Below, piece by piece: positions 24,045-36,621 of a stretch of 64,000 nt of DNA (position 1 is its first letter; every line of letters begins with the position of its first letter). The notes under the pieces are model-generated. The model was not told where the DNA came from and searched no databases. It worked only from the letters and a program-made list of their open reading frames with translations. Origin of the DNA: Octopus bimaculoides (Eukaryota); the NCBI RefSeq assembly GCF_001194135.2, contig NC_068986.1:30637974-30701973 (forward strand), read 5' to 3'. The translations under genes and the position numbers were made by a program.

Positions 24045-27000
24045 ACCAACAAGATTACTATGATATTTTAGATCTGTTTTTCATTCTCTTGTTATCAAGT
24101 AACAATAGCTGAATTAAAATTTTCACTTTTATCTCATTTTGCAGATGGGTTTCTTAATATTTAGTCTGGTGCCTTGCATTTTCAGTTGAAAATCACACCA
24201 AGTGCATTAACATTGCTCCCTATCATAAGATAAATTGAACTCTTAAATGGATTTACTCTTTTTTCTTTTTTATAGTTTTTCATGATGTTTATGTTGAAAG
24301 TAACTTTACTAAATTCCCATAGTTTATGTTCGGAATGATATATCAGAGTACATACTTGTACTTGGATTTGATTGAGAAATCTTTGATTTCATGTCTGTGT
24401 TCATTTATATCATCATTTTACATACATTTCTCCATGCTGTTATGGGTTGGAAGGGGTTTGTCACTCATGATCCTTTTTTTCTTGCACACACACAGCTTGA
24501 AAGGAAACTTAAACATTTTTGTTGAATCCCCTCTTATCTACATCACCTCTATTCATTCCTCACTTTCATTTCTGGACTAGTTTTTACCTACATATATTTA
24601 TTACCTTGCTGGGAAGCTGGTGAGGATTGGCAACAGGAAAAGCATTCAGCTTTAAAAAAAAAAAAAAATCTGTCATCAAATTCCATTTGACCCATACAAG
24701 CATAGAAAAGCAGACATTGAAATAATGATGATAGCAAAATTAAAAGCTTGCGATAGAAAGCCTTTACTGAGAGAATCATTTGAACATCACTGATATTTGC
24801 TTCAATGAAAATAAAATAGTACATCTCATTTTACATTAGACTGAGTGGTGGTAGTGTGAGGAAGAGGAGGAATACATTCAATTGTAAAAAAAAAAAAATA
24901 TAGCAAAAATGTCAACTACAAACAATAGAGGACCCCCCTCTCCCATCTGTGTTTTTCTGTTTATCAATATTATCATATATGAGCCTTTTTCACTCAAAGT
25001 ATATGTTTGTTATTACTTTATTTTTATTACTATTAATGTTTAAGTTAAACCATTTCGAATTTTGGTATGACAGACTCAGACTGGGATAATTGTTAAAACT
25101 TCAGATGTGTGTTTTCCAGATGGTTGCTTACAGCTCCCTGCGGGTATCATAATTACCTTTAGAGGTGGAAGTTCAAAAACATATTCCCTTAAGCATGATA
25201 TTCAAAACCAGAATTTGAAAAAAATTGTATTTTATACACAAAAGTAAATGCGCTTTTATTCATTTTTATCTATGTAATCTATGTGAAATGAATAGGTTTG
25301 GTAAATAAAAGGATGGGGTTGTGTGAACTTTGCAAACTTCTGCCTGAGAATACAACATGATTGAAAGTGAGCAAAATTTGAGAACAGAAAAGCTGTAATA
25401 GTACTTGAGTAACTACAATATGAATGTCAAAGAAAGGAATGTAAAATAATAATAAAAATGTTGATCAAAGACAGACAGGTGGTGTCTACAATATTAGATA
25501 GACACCATTTTTATAAAGAAATTAATTTTATGACAGCATATTCAAGTTTGTGGGGAGAAAGGACCATATATCTGCTATCACTGGCTTATTATTGTCTGTA
25601 TTTATGTAACTACAGTCTGCTCCAAAGTTACCTGTCATGAAGTAGGCCATGGGAATACTTTGAAAAGAGAATTTTTTAGTAACAAACAGAATCATCAAAA
25701 AGAAAATGACAATAAGCTGGCAGTGAAATTAAAAGCCAAATTCATCATCATCATTTCAATGTCCACTTTTCTGTGTTTGCATAAGTCGGATGTAGTTTGC
25801 TGTGGCATATTTTTCTATAACCTGATGCCCTTCTTGTTGTCAAACATCACCTATTTCCAAGCAAGGTGATGTTTCCCCATGGCCAGACATGTTTTTCAGG
25901 AACAACATTGCTTGTATGACAGTGATGCTCTTTTACAACAATGATATTGAGGCAAAAGTACACACACCACACATGCACATATACACATACGTTGAGCTTT
26001 TTTCCTTTTCCATTTACCAAATCTACTCACAAGGGTTCAGTCCCAATGTGTGACACACTGGACAGGGCTGACCAAAGCCAAGACCACATGGATGGGAAGC
26101 AGGCTTCTTAATCACATGGCCATATCTGTGTTTAATATATCTGAAAAGAAGCAATTGACCTACAAAATATGTGGAATTCATTATATATATTCTCTTGGTA
26201 TTAAATTTTCCACTGAATGTCGTGGTAGCGCCAGGTTTCCATTGATTTTTCAAATTGCCAACACTGTCAATTGATTGCAGCCCCTAACAGAGGTGTCATT
26301 TTCCTTGTTTCTTTTCTTTTGATGATGATTGGATTTGAACTCAGAATGCACAAAGCCAAAACAGATACTCCAAGGCATCACACTAATGAGTTTGATAGTT
26401 TTACTGCATTGACTAGATAGATAAGTAGTATGCTTAAGATTGAGTCTTGTCAGAAAAAAAGAAAGCTATTAGATTTGATAAACCATACTTATTATTAAGG
26501 TCACAACTGCATAAACAACATACACTAAAATTTTAACAATAAAAGTCAAAAGTCTAGCTAGCCATTCTTGTGTTATATGTATGTATGCTTAAAAGTTCTG
26601 AAGTACAATTAAAAATAATAATAATGAATCTACTTAAAAAATTAGGTAATCAGATCATGTGTAGTTGTAATCCTCAAAGATAAGTAATTAAACTCTATTG
26701 TCAATTTTGACAAAGGCAAGGGTTATTTGTGCACTTAAGAGAAACTATGACATTAGATTATATGAAAATTTATAAAAATGGAGGGGTTTTTTTTTTTTTA
26801 TGAGATTTCTTTTTAAACAAATAACAATATGTGAGTTAGTTTTCATACGTGAATGCTCAACCAATAAATACTATACGTTTTAATGGAACATTTTCAGAGA
26901 AATTTCCTGTCTTGTAAATAATATATTCCTTTCTATAGAAGAGAAATTATTCAAGGGTTGGGTCATAAAAAAAAAAAGTCCATGTCTGAAAATGTTAAGA

Positions 27001-27254
27001 GGCTGGGTCAAGTTCAGCTATCTCACCTCTTGACACTCTTCTGAGTGCAGGTTTGGATATTTATAGTAACTCTTGTAATCAAAACTCTCCCAAAGTAAGA
27101 ACTGGGGAAGAATGTAAAGCCAGTGAGGTGATTTCATGTTCTTTTTAAGAAATCACTACAGTGGTACATAAATGTCTGTTATCTGGCTTTGGTAATGGAA
27201 AGAAACCCAATCTTCTGCTGCTGATAACAAATTAGTCTTGCCACATCTTTCTGC

Positions 27255-27311
<57 letters not shown>

Positions 27312-28513
27312 ATTAGGGTCAAAATCCAAAATTACAGGTAAAAACTCAATTAGAATCAATTTATAAAGAATTAAAATTAGATTGAGCTTTATATATAAAG
27401 TATATAGTTCTAGGGAAAATAACCAAGTTTCAAGAACTCATCGATTAAAATCCACTATCACATATAGGAAAATTAACAATTAAAAGCACAATAAATGAGT
27501 GTAATATAAAGCAAAGTAAATATCATAAGATAAATATAATAAAATGATTACACGTGTTCCATAACTAATTTTCAAATAGAAAGAAAATTTTAATCGATTA
27601 AAATCAATTGAAATTATCGAAAATTAAATTCTATTAAAAAATATAGCTAATCATCAGATCTTAAGTAGAACAATAATTAGATATATATATCTCAACCAAC
27701 AATAAGTACCAAATGAATTAATATGAAATACTTATTTTATAAAGATAGAAAAATTATTAAAAATATCCCAATAATAACCATTCAATAATCCTCCCTTCCT
27801 CCATTATAATAACATGTATATTATATACAAAAAACAGCTTACATAAATTATCATTGTTTTAAATTATTTTTGTTTTAAATACAATTTGAACGAAGTTTAA
27901 AATAATAATGAAGATAAAATTAGTACATATTTAACCGGTGTAATAGTTAAAGTTATACTATTTAAAGCTAAAAACGTTTATTTAATTATCATTAAAAATC
28001 AATTGAATAATAGAAAAATACAAGAAAATTTATTTCTACAAACGTAAGAATAAAAATATGAATGAAAAAATTAGGAAAGAAAAAAATTATTAAGAATAAA
28101 AGATTAAACTTTATATATATATACAAAGTTTTAATAAAAAAACATTTAACGATATTATAAACAATAAAGACTAATTATTAATCAAATATTGTCAATCAAA
28201 AATAATCGAAAATATAACAACACTATTCAAATCGAAGTTCTAATATTATGTAGAAATGAAACTATAACTTATAAATAATTTAGTGTTAAATAAGTTATCT
28301 ATTAAAAATAATCTATAAAGAACCAAATGAATAATATAAAAAACAATATGAAAATAATATGTATTCTTGTTTTTTATATTATTCATTTGGTTCTTTATAG
28401 ATTATTTTTAATAGATAACTTATTTAACACTAAATTATTTATAAGTTATAGTTTCATTTCTACATAATATTAGAACTTCGATTTGAATAGTGTTGTTATA
28501 TTTTCGATTATTT
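27312..28513. other. compositionally foreign, extremely AT-rich segment (origin unknown)
   Basis: About 15-20% GC by eye, with about 11 CpG in the first ~1 kb. None of the window's repeat families occur in it. It starts right after a (CT)n tract and ends at a gap. Confidence 0.7.
28200..28513. repeat. perfect inverted repeat: 147-bp arms, 20-nt loop, cut off by gap
   Basis: 28200-28346 is the exact reverse complement of 28367-28513. Ns start at 28514. Confidence 0.95.
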
Positions 28514-29755
28514 NNNNNNNNNNNNNNNNNNNNNNNNNNNNNNNNNNNNNNNNNNNNNNNNNNNNNNNNNNNNNNNNNNNNNNNNNNNNNNNNNNNNNNN
28601 NNNNNNNNNNNNNNNNNNNNNNNNNNNNNNNNNNNNNNNNNNNNNNNNNNNNNNNNNNNNNNNNNNNNNNNNNNNNNNNNNNNNNNNNNNNNNNNNNNNN
28701 NNNNNNNNNNNNNNNNNNNNNNNNNNNNNNNNNNNNNNNNNNNNNNNNNNNNNNNNNNNNNNNNNNNNNNNNNNNNNNNNNNNNNNNNNNNNNNNNNNNN
28801 NNNNNNNNNNNNNNNNNNNNNNNNNNNNNNNNNNNNNNNNNNNNNNNNNNNNNNNNNNNNNNNNNNNNNNNNNNNNNNNNNNNNNNNNNNNNNNNNNNNN
28901 NNNNNNNNNNNNNNNNNNNNNNNNNNNNNNNNNNNNNNNNNNNNNNNNNNNNNNNNNNNNNNNNNNNNNNNNNNNNNNNNNNNNNNNNNNNNNNNNNNNN
29001 NNNNNNNNNNNNNNNNNNNNNNNNNNNNNNNNNNNNNNNNNNNNNNNNNNNNNNNNNNNNNNNNNNNNNNNNNNNNNNNNNNNNNNNNNNNNNNNNNNNN
29101 NNNNNNNNNNNNNNNNNNNNNNNNNNNNNNNNNNNNNNNNNNNNNNNNNNNNNNNNNNNNNNNNNNNNNNNNNNNNNNNNNNNNNNNNNNNNNNNNNNNN
29201 NNNNNNNNNNNNNNNNNNNNNNNNNNNNNNNNNNNNNNNNNNNNNNNNNNNNNNNNNNNNNNNNNNNNNNNNNNNNNNNNNNNNNNNNNNNNNNNNNNNN
29301 NNNNNNNNNNNNNNNNNNNNNNNNNNNNNNNNNNNNNNNNNNNNNNNACACACTTGATAGTCAACTGCATCTTGAACAAAAGAAAGAGTTGTTATTTCTT
29401 TCTTTTAGCTTCTTTTTTGAAAAATTAAGATACTTTGGGATTTAAAGCTTTGAAGAATTGCTTTCCATGCAAAGCTTGGTTGCTACAAATGTATGGAGAG
29501 GAAATATATATGTATATAAGGTTAGGTTAATGAACTTCTAATTACAGAAGGGCTAGATCAATGTAAAAAAAGTAAAGTACTTTGGTTTTTCATTAAAAAA
29601 AACAGTTCCCTTGGTGGTAAACTAGTTATGTCTTTGTTTAAATTGTTGCAGACTACAAGATAATGAGCAAAGGAAATTTGAAATACCACACAAACTGGAG
29701 GAAAAGAAATTTAAAATACCTTTTTTTATTCATTTACTTGTATTATAGTCTCTAC

Positions 29756-29847
29756 CTTGGAAGATTTTTGTCGATTATTTCAACCCATATATTTTGTCTG
29801 CTAGTCATTTTATTGATCTCATTAAATAACTCGGTGGGAGACAAATG
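29756..29847 (-). CDS. candidate exon of minus-strand gene (5' boundary uncertain)
   Basis: Open frame HLSPTELFNEINKMTSRQNIWVEIIDKNLP with donor AAG|gtagag, followed 61 nt later by a textbook acceptor (tttcttttcctccag at 29695). The acceptor at 29848 is only moderate and its phase does not match the 30608 donor. Confidence 0.4.
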
Positions 29848-30051
29848 CTGCAAGGTATTTCTTTTAATGTGCCAGTTTTGTTCACCTCACATTAATATAA
29901 AACATAGACACACAGCTATGAGAGAATGAAAGACAACTCAGAATAACAAGACCCCAAGATATAAAAGATTCGCAAGCAAGCATATCAAACCTAGTTTCCG
30001 TTTTCAGCTGCCTAATGAATATCGCTATGGTTTTGACCCCTGGGCAGTACC

Positions 30052-30087
<36 letters not shown>

Positions 30088-30353
30088 ATGCCTGTGTCCT
30101 CTTGTCTTGACATTTACATACTGATTGTAAACAGTCATTCATTCAAAGAATGCCATTTGTTTACACTCTTCTGTGAAAACATGACCAGCCATTCAGCTGG
30201 TCATTGTTTGAAGAGCCAGTGTATTACCTTTCCTTGAAAACAGGTGAGGATTGGTGACAAGGAGCACATTGGGCCATAGACAAATCTACATCAACACGTT
30301 TCATCTGACCAATGCGAGCATGATAAAGTGGACATTAAAAAGGATGAGGATAA

Positions 30354-30395
<42 letters not shown>

Positions 30396-30607
30396 GAGAC
30401 AGGCTCAGTTTCTTACTAGCAAATTTCACTCAAGGTATTGGTCAGTCACAGGTTATGGTAAAAGGGAAATTGAAGTTGAAATTATGTGGTGCAGTGCAAA
30501 CATCTTAGCCATACAGCTTTGACAACCCCACTTATCAACTTTTGTAAAATATTTTGCAATCACTGCACTCTTTTTTCCAGAATTATAATGACCACTATAT
30601 TTTTTAC

Positions 30608-30631
30608 CCAATGTTGTAGAATTGGTTTCCA
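30608..30631 (-). CDS. candidate 24-nt micro-exon of minus-strand gene
   Basis: Acceptor tttattttcttcag and donor TGG|gtaaaa. In phase 2 reads (S)GNQFYNI(G). All frames are open, so the frame is not diagnostic. Confidence 0.35.
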
Positions 30632-31482
30632 CTGAAGAAAATAAACACCTGTTTATTTTATTGGGTTTCTAACAAACATATGAAATAATGCACAATATAA
30701 AATCACAGTATACATATAAAAAGAGATCTGAATTGAAGAATTCACAAGGAGTTTTGATTTTAATCATTTTCAAATCCATATATTATTAGACAGGATCATG
30801 TTAAAAATGTTCATGTACACTTAGTGAATCTGATGCCTATATAGATTAGAAAATTGGAGACTATAGTGTGTGTTGTATACAAAGGTAAAAAAATAGTGTA
30901 GAATATTGAGAAAAAAAATTACTTCTCAGGATTGTGCATTCCGAAAATTCTTTGTGTATGTAAATTCATGTTTACACACACACTTGATGCAATCATACAT
31001 ACACATATCTGTACATACTCACACAAACCAGACTTACTGTCTACAGATAAAAAGCAACAAATGGTTTCTTTATTATAACTTTTAGTTATTTATTCATGTA
31101 TTTTCACACAACAATTTCTATTACTGAAAGGTTTCAAAATTAAATTCATTTATATATTGACTTTCACTGATACAGAAATAGATGTTCTAAGTGATTCAAC
31201 TGATATAATGCATTAATCAGGCTGGACTTTTTGAGGGGTTTTTTTTGTTTTTTTTCTCTGGTTTGGTTTTCAGTACCTTGACTGTGAGCTGCTGCTGTTT
31301 TTGTTGTTGTTGATTTCTATCTTATTTCAAAAATACATTAAGAATGTTCTTCATCACTATTTCTGTCAGTGATAAGTACCTTAGAGTAGAAGTAAATTCT
31401 TTGTAAAGCCAAGTCCATTTCATTTCAAGTTGTTAATAACAGTGAGAATTACTTAATTATATTTATGATATTGGAGGCTGAA

Positions 31483-31525
<43 letters not shown>

Positions 31526-31526
<1 letters not shown>

Positions 31527-31582
31527 TGTGAACAATGATGTCATTGGTTACAGTGTTCTCCAGTAGACCAATGACTGATTCA
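31526..31582 (-). CDS. candidate exon of unidentified minus-strand gene
   Basis: Acceptor gtaatttttgccatcag and donor CAG|gtaaaa. Only one open frame (phase 2 to 2): (S)ESVIGLLENTVTNDIIVH. Phase matches the 33691 donor. Confidence 0.55.
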
Positions 31583-33690
31583 CTGATGGCAAAAATTACA
31601 ATAGGGTGTGCAGTTTCTGGCTCCTAAATTCCACTTACATGATATTGGCCAAAAGCACAGCTATGTCCATATGAAAGTAAAACCTGTTTATATACTGCAT
31701 ACCAAGTGTTCCATGCTTGAATTAAGTAGTTTTCATATTAGTGAAAAAAATAGTATATCTGTGTATGTATGTGTATTTAAAGATGAAGATGTAGTAATAG
31801 TTTGGCAATGAATATAATTATTCACAGATAATCTGTTCACCATCAGTGTCAGGAATATATTTTGCTTTTAAAAAAATAATTCTTTTTAGACTATCCTCCA
31901 AGCTCTGAGTTTAATATTGTTTAGTCATAGAATAGTTCTTTGGGAGCCTTCTTTGAACTTCTCATTTATTTTAGTTGAGTCATAGTTAGAAAGTAATAAA
32001 GCATCATTCTTACTTTTTGACTTACTTAGAACTAGTGAACCCTAAGCAATCTGGTTTATAGATGTGTGTGAATATAAAATACATACATGCACATACAGTC
32101 TGTGATTTTGTGTGTGTGTGTGTGTATGTAGGAACAGCACCATTCAGATGAAACAGTATTCCATTGTATGTCCTACGTGGGTTTGTAGAGCCAGTAGTTG
32201 TTCAGAGTTGAAGTATTTATTCTCTCTTTGAAGAGGAATGCTAGTCTTTAGGATGCAGTTTTTGCTATATTATGACTGTGGAATTGTCAGTGACTGTGAT
32301 ACCTTTTATTTATATATATAGTAGCAGTGTTGATTGAAGTGCTACTGGTGACAAATGAATTTCTCTTGCCTTGTCAGAAGCAGAATCTATTAGGTTAGGT
32401 GTATGAATAAGGAGCATGATGTTCTCTGAAAAGGAAGGTAAGTTTGGGAGGGTCTAGAAGTATTGCAACAGCTGGGAAATGTGAGCTGGGTATGTTTTAC
32501 ATACAAGACTTTTAGCATGTGGTAGTTGGAAAGTAATGAAGTATTGTTCCTGCCTTTATAAATACAGTTTTTATCAGCCAGTTGTGCAGGAGAAATTGGT
32601 TACATGCCAATGGAAAAGATTGCGAGTTGACAATGGAGAACAACTGATATGAAAATAGGCCAAAGAAGCTGAAAGAATTAAGAATACAAATATGACAACA
32701 GTTGAATGTGAAGATGAGATGATTATACAATCATAGAAATCAGAGATACTCTGAGTTATTATCATTGTTTCATCTCTATATCAAATCTTTTCAATTTTTT
32801 TTTATTCAACTGTGTGAAGTCTTTGCCTTCTCAACAAGGAAGAAATACAATAATAAGCAAATTAACAAGTGACTCCTTGTTTTTGGCTGTCCCACTATTG
32901 CAGCAATGAGGTTACCTACTATGTTCACATTCCATTATTAGCATCTTTGGTTAGGCCAAATCAAACATGAGTTCAATTAAAAATTTCCACTCACAGCTTC
33001 TAGTCTTTTGACAAATTCTCTGCTGGTAATTATGTTCATATCACCATAATTTTTTGTAGTAGATTTTTTTGGAATTTTTTTTTTTATCTTGATTTTTTTT
33101 TTTATCTTGATTTTAATGTCCTTATTTTGGACGTCTTATATAAAACATTCACTGGCAATAGCTTTCTTAATATTTAGCTTTTAAGCTTTTTCCTTTTTTC
33201 TCCTTTTTTTTTTTTTTTTTTTTTTTTTCCATAAGTTATCCTGTCATAAAAACTTGATGTTGAGTTTTATTTGATTTAGAAGCCAAATAAGACTTGGTAT
33301 CAATTAACACTATTAAGGACAGAGAAATTAGGCAAAAATTAGGTTTCAAGTAAATATGGTAATTGGAATGGATTGGACAACATTACTGGAGGTGATTTCT
33401 TTGAGGATTGGTGTCAAAGATATCGGCTTAGATGCATGTTTCACAACTTCTTACGTCTAATACAAATTAAAATTTAAAGTGTTGAGATTACCATCAATCT
33501 AATATTCGTGTGCACACACACACACATGGCTGCATGTTTTACTTAGTAGTACTACATATATACAGACAGATATAACAATATAAATTTTCAATAGGTATGT
33601 CTTCCTGTTGCTGACTAATTTTGACACTGGCGTTTGTTTCGTCATAATCTAAAAATAGCTCTAGAGATTTCCAAATTTTCTTTAGTTTAC

Positions 33691-33775
33691 CTTTTGCAGT
33701 TTTTGATTTTACTTTTTTTTTTCTTTCTTTCTTTTTCTTTAACTGATAAAGCAACTTGTTTCGGAAGTACATAAA
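33691..33775 (-). CDS. candidate exon of unidentified minus-strand gene
   Basis: Acceptor gtaatttcttttttttag and donor AAG|gtaaac. The phase 1 to 2 frame reads (I)YVLPKQVALSVKEKERKKKSKIKNCK; a phase 0 to 1 frame is also open. Confidence 0.55.
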
Positions 33776-34524
33776 CTAAAAAAAGAAATTACAAGTAAAA
33801 GCAGAAATTTGGTGATTTCGTCAAAAACAGGAAATAGAGTGGGGAGGGATTTTGTTTTTATTTACTAAAATTTTAACTAGTTCTGCTTGTTTCAAAATCC
33901 TTTTCAGTTTTGGTACTGCCATTTGAGATTTATGGTCCCTAATGTTTCACAAATACACTTTTTCTTATTATGCTTTTTGTTTTACTCTTTGTCTCATTTT
34001 CCTTGTTTTCCTCTCAGTGGTAGTTTCTGTAAAACTTTAGAAAAGTAGGCCATGTGTTATAAAGCCATTGTCAGTTGATGGATTTGGTGGGTGGCATATA
34101 TTTTGGGGATTTTTTTTTTAAATTTTAATTTAAAGCTTAGCTACTTGTGTAATGTAATCAGCTCTGATAGGAGCCAATAATTCAGATAAGCATTGAGTTT
34201 AATTTAGCATCTAAAACATATTTTGTTTAAGCAGATTTTTTTCCCATTTAGTAATTTTCTTTTATTTATTTACTTTCAAATGTAGAAAGGATTTTAATGT
34301 GTGTATATCTAAGTTTGTAATTCTCATTCTATTTTGCCAGTGTAAATGATTTCCTCTTGAGATTTTTTTTTGTGGGGGGGGGTCCTTTTTTCATTGTAAA
34401 TTAGTCTTTCTATTGGTACATGCTTTATTTAGTTTTATTTGTAAGAGATAAAGTAATTGAAGTAGTCAGGGTGTGCAATGGGATGATCATGGTAAAAGTA
34501 ATTAAATAGAAACCTAAACTTTAT

Positions 34525-36240
34525 CTTCATATGCACCACAGGCAGAGTTGTGAATTGAATAGGACTGCTTGTGCATGAGACCCTTCTGCAAACTACCTCA
34601 GTGACTTCATTATCATGGCTGGCAGCTTCAACAAACATGTTGGCCAACACAGTGATAGCTTCTGTAACATTACATGGAAGCTATGGATGTGGTTGAAGAA
34701 ATGAGGAAAATTGTAAGCTCCTGGAATCTGTGATGCAACTGACTTAACAATTTGCAGCACACACTTCAAGAAACCAATCAACCACTAATTTGGTGAACAC
34801 ACAGCCAGGTTTTTACCAGAAAGGGATTTTGTAAATACCAAAACCCTTCCTAGTAATGCAGTATGCAACATAAATTAGTGGCTTGTGACTTCAGTGTCAG
34901 AGCTAGGTAGACACAAGAGAAAATGTGATAATAGAGAGAAGCAAGATATGGAAGCTAATAGATCCAGTATTTGGAAATAGGTTTAGAGAAATTCCAGTTC
35001 ATATGTGGTAGAGATTTAGATATAGCATAGATGACAACTGGTATTTCTACAAAATAATTGATTAGGATTACAGATCGGACATGTGACTATGGTAAACTCC
35101 CAACCAAACTGAAAATAGCATGGTGGTAGCATAACATGGTTGATAGGGCAGTATGGGCTAAGAAACTTGCTTGAGAAACCTAGAAAGAAGATGGTGGTAG
35201 GAAACATTATCAAATGGCTAGAAGAGCAGCTGGGCTACAGGTATACTTGGCCAAGGATAAAACAGAAAGGAAAACACTTGTACATGTCTTACAACATTAG
35301 GTTCAGAGGCATAAGGTGTTCAGGATTGCAATGTTATATAAGAGACAGAACCAAGATGCCATTGATGAAGGCGTATTTGCCATTGATATGCAAAACAAGA
35401 AAGTGGTATGGAAGTGCTATTGTGAGAGGTGTGAGATAAAGAAGGACTTCCTCATGCTGATGCTATTGAGAGACAAACAGTTCAAGTTGACAATAGCATA
35501 GTAGATAAAAGAATTGAAGACCTAAAGAGAGGAATAGTTGCAGAGATGCTTTAAATATCTGAACTACAACACATGATAACCACCTGGATAGTTGATCAAG
35601 ATATACAGAAAGGTGTTGTACCCAATGACTGGTGTGGCAGCAGTATCATTGGCAAAGGAGATGCCTTAGATAGAGGAAATTACAGAGGAATCAAACTACT
35701 GTATCAACTTAAGAGAGAGTAATAGCACAATTGATTTTTAACAGAGTAGATACAGTTTGGTTTTGTTCAGAAGAGGTACCATGGACACAGCTTCCAAATG
35801 CAGCAACTACAGAGAAATACTTGGTTAAGAGTAAATCACTATTTCTGACATTCATTGACTTGGAAAAGGTATTTGACAGGATATTATGTTCAGTAATTTA
35901 GTGGTCTCTAAGGAAATTAGGAATAGACAAATGGCTGGTGAGGGTTGTACAAGCTAAGTAGTAAATAAGGTGAAAGTCAACAACAATTTCAGTGATGAAT
36001 TTAGCAAAAAGATAGGCATCTATGGAGGTTTAGTCTTCATGTTCATCGTAGTCCTACAGCATTACAGAAGCGTTTAAAACTGTCTATGAGAAGTCTTACA
36101 TGCTGATGACCTATTTTTTATAGTTAAATCTATAGTGGGGTTGGAGAGGAAGTTTCAGGAAGACCTAAAATCAAGAGGAATTAAAGTAAACTTAGCAAAG
36201 ATTAAAGGTTTAGTCAACAGAAAAGATGGGACCCTGCTGT
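34525..36240 (+). mobile_element. decayed RTE-type non-LTR retrotransposon (endonuclease plus reverse transcriptase remnants)
   Basis: Frameshifted motifs appear in order: IMAGSFNKHVG (GDFN, ~34612), RGNYRGIKLL (~35671), FIDLEKVFDR (~35851) and LHADDL (YADD, ~36097). Many stops and deletions; no 3' tail. Confidence 0.9.
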
Positions 36241-36352
36241 AATTTAATGAGTAGAACTGTATGCTTCACCGACTTTTCCTCTGATACCACTTACCTTTCT
36301 CGCTACTCAGAACCATTTCATTTGGTATCCGTCTTTCATTCTTAATACTTAC

Positions 36353-36371
36353 TGTTTACTAATTCTGCCAT
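36353..36371 (-). CDS. candidate first coding exon of unidentified minus-strand gene (MAELVN)
   Basis: Kozak-like gacggcATGG, then ATG GCA GAA TTA GTA AAC A|gtaagt (consensus donor, phase 1). Lies in a locally CpG-retaining patch. Phase matches the 33775 acceptor. Confidence 0.45.
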
Positions 36372-36377
36372 GCCGTC

Positions 36378-36480
36378 ATCACCATGATATTTACACCTGC
36401 TATTTCTATGTTGGCACGGATTTCATGTGGCTTCTCGAGGCATTATTCTACGACTGGTTGCACTTCCTGACACCAGTCTT
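36378..36480 (-). mobile_element. family F remnant directly upstream of candidate minus-strand start codon
   Basis: The minus strand caggaagtgcaaccagtcgtagaataatgcctc..gtgccaacatagaaa..atggtgatgac aligns to the family F tail. Confidence 0.6.
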
Positions 36481-36583
36481 TTGTTTTGATGTAAGGTATT
36501 TTAATTTCCCTGATCTTCATATACCAAAAACACATGTATGGAACAAAGAAATATTACCTCCATGCACACACACATACATATGC

Positions 36584-36621
<38 letters not shown>

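Noticed and set aside
27312-28346. Host mitochondrial insertion (NUMT) as explanation of the AT-rich segment
   Set aside because: There are no recognisable cox, cob, nad or rRNA motifs, and every frame has multiple TAA even with TGA read as Trp. Not formally excluded without a search.
6690-29748. Scattered plus-strand exon-like segments (6705-6870, 12758-12810, 14246-14276, 16992 onward, 29652-29748)
   Set aside because: They form no consistent phase chain and show no homology. They serve as a measure of the background false-positive rate.
35140-35501. ORFs 35140-35439 and 35316-35501 as host genes
   Set aside because: They lie inside the frameshifted RTE-type LINE remnant.
36241-36500. Twin-priming inversion of the LINE 3' end
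   Set aside because: The inverted family F piece is separated from the LINE body by ~135 bp of unique sequence, which fits an independent insertion better.
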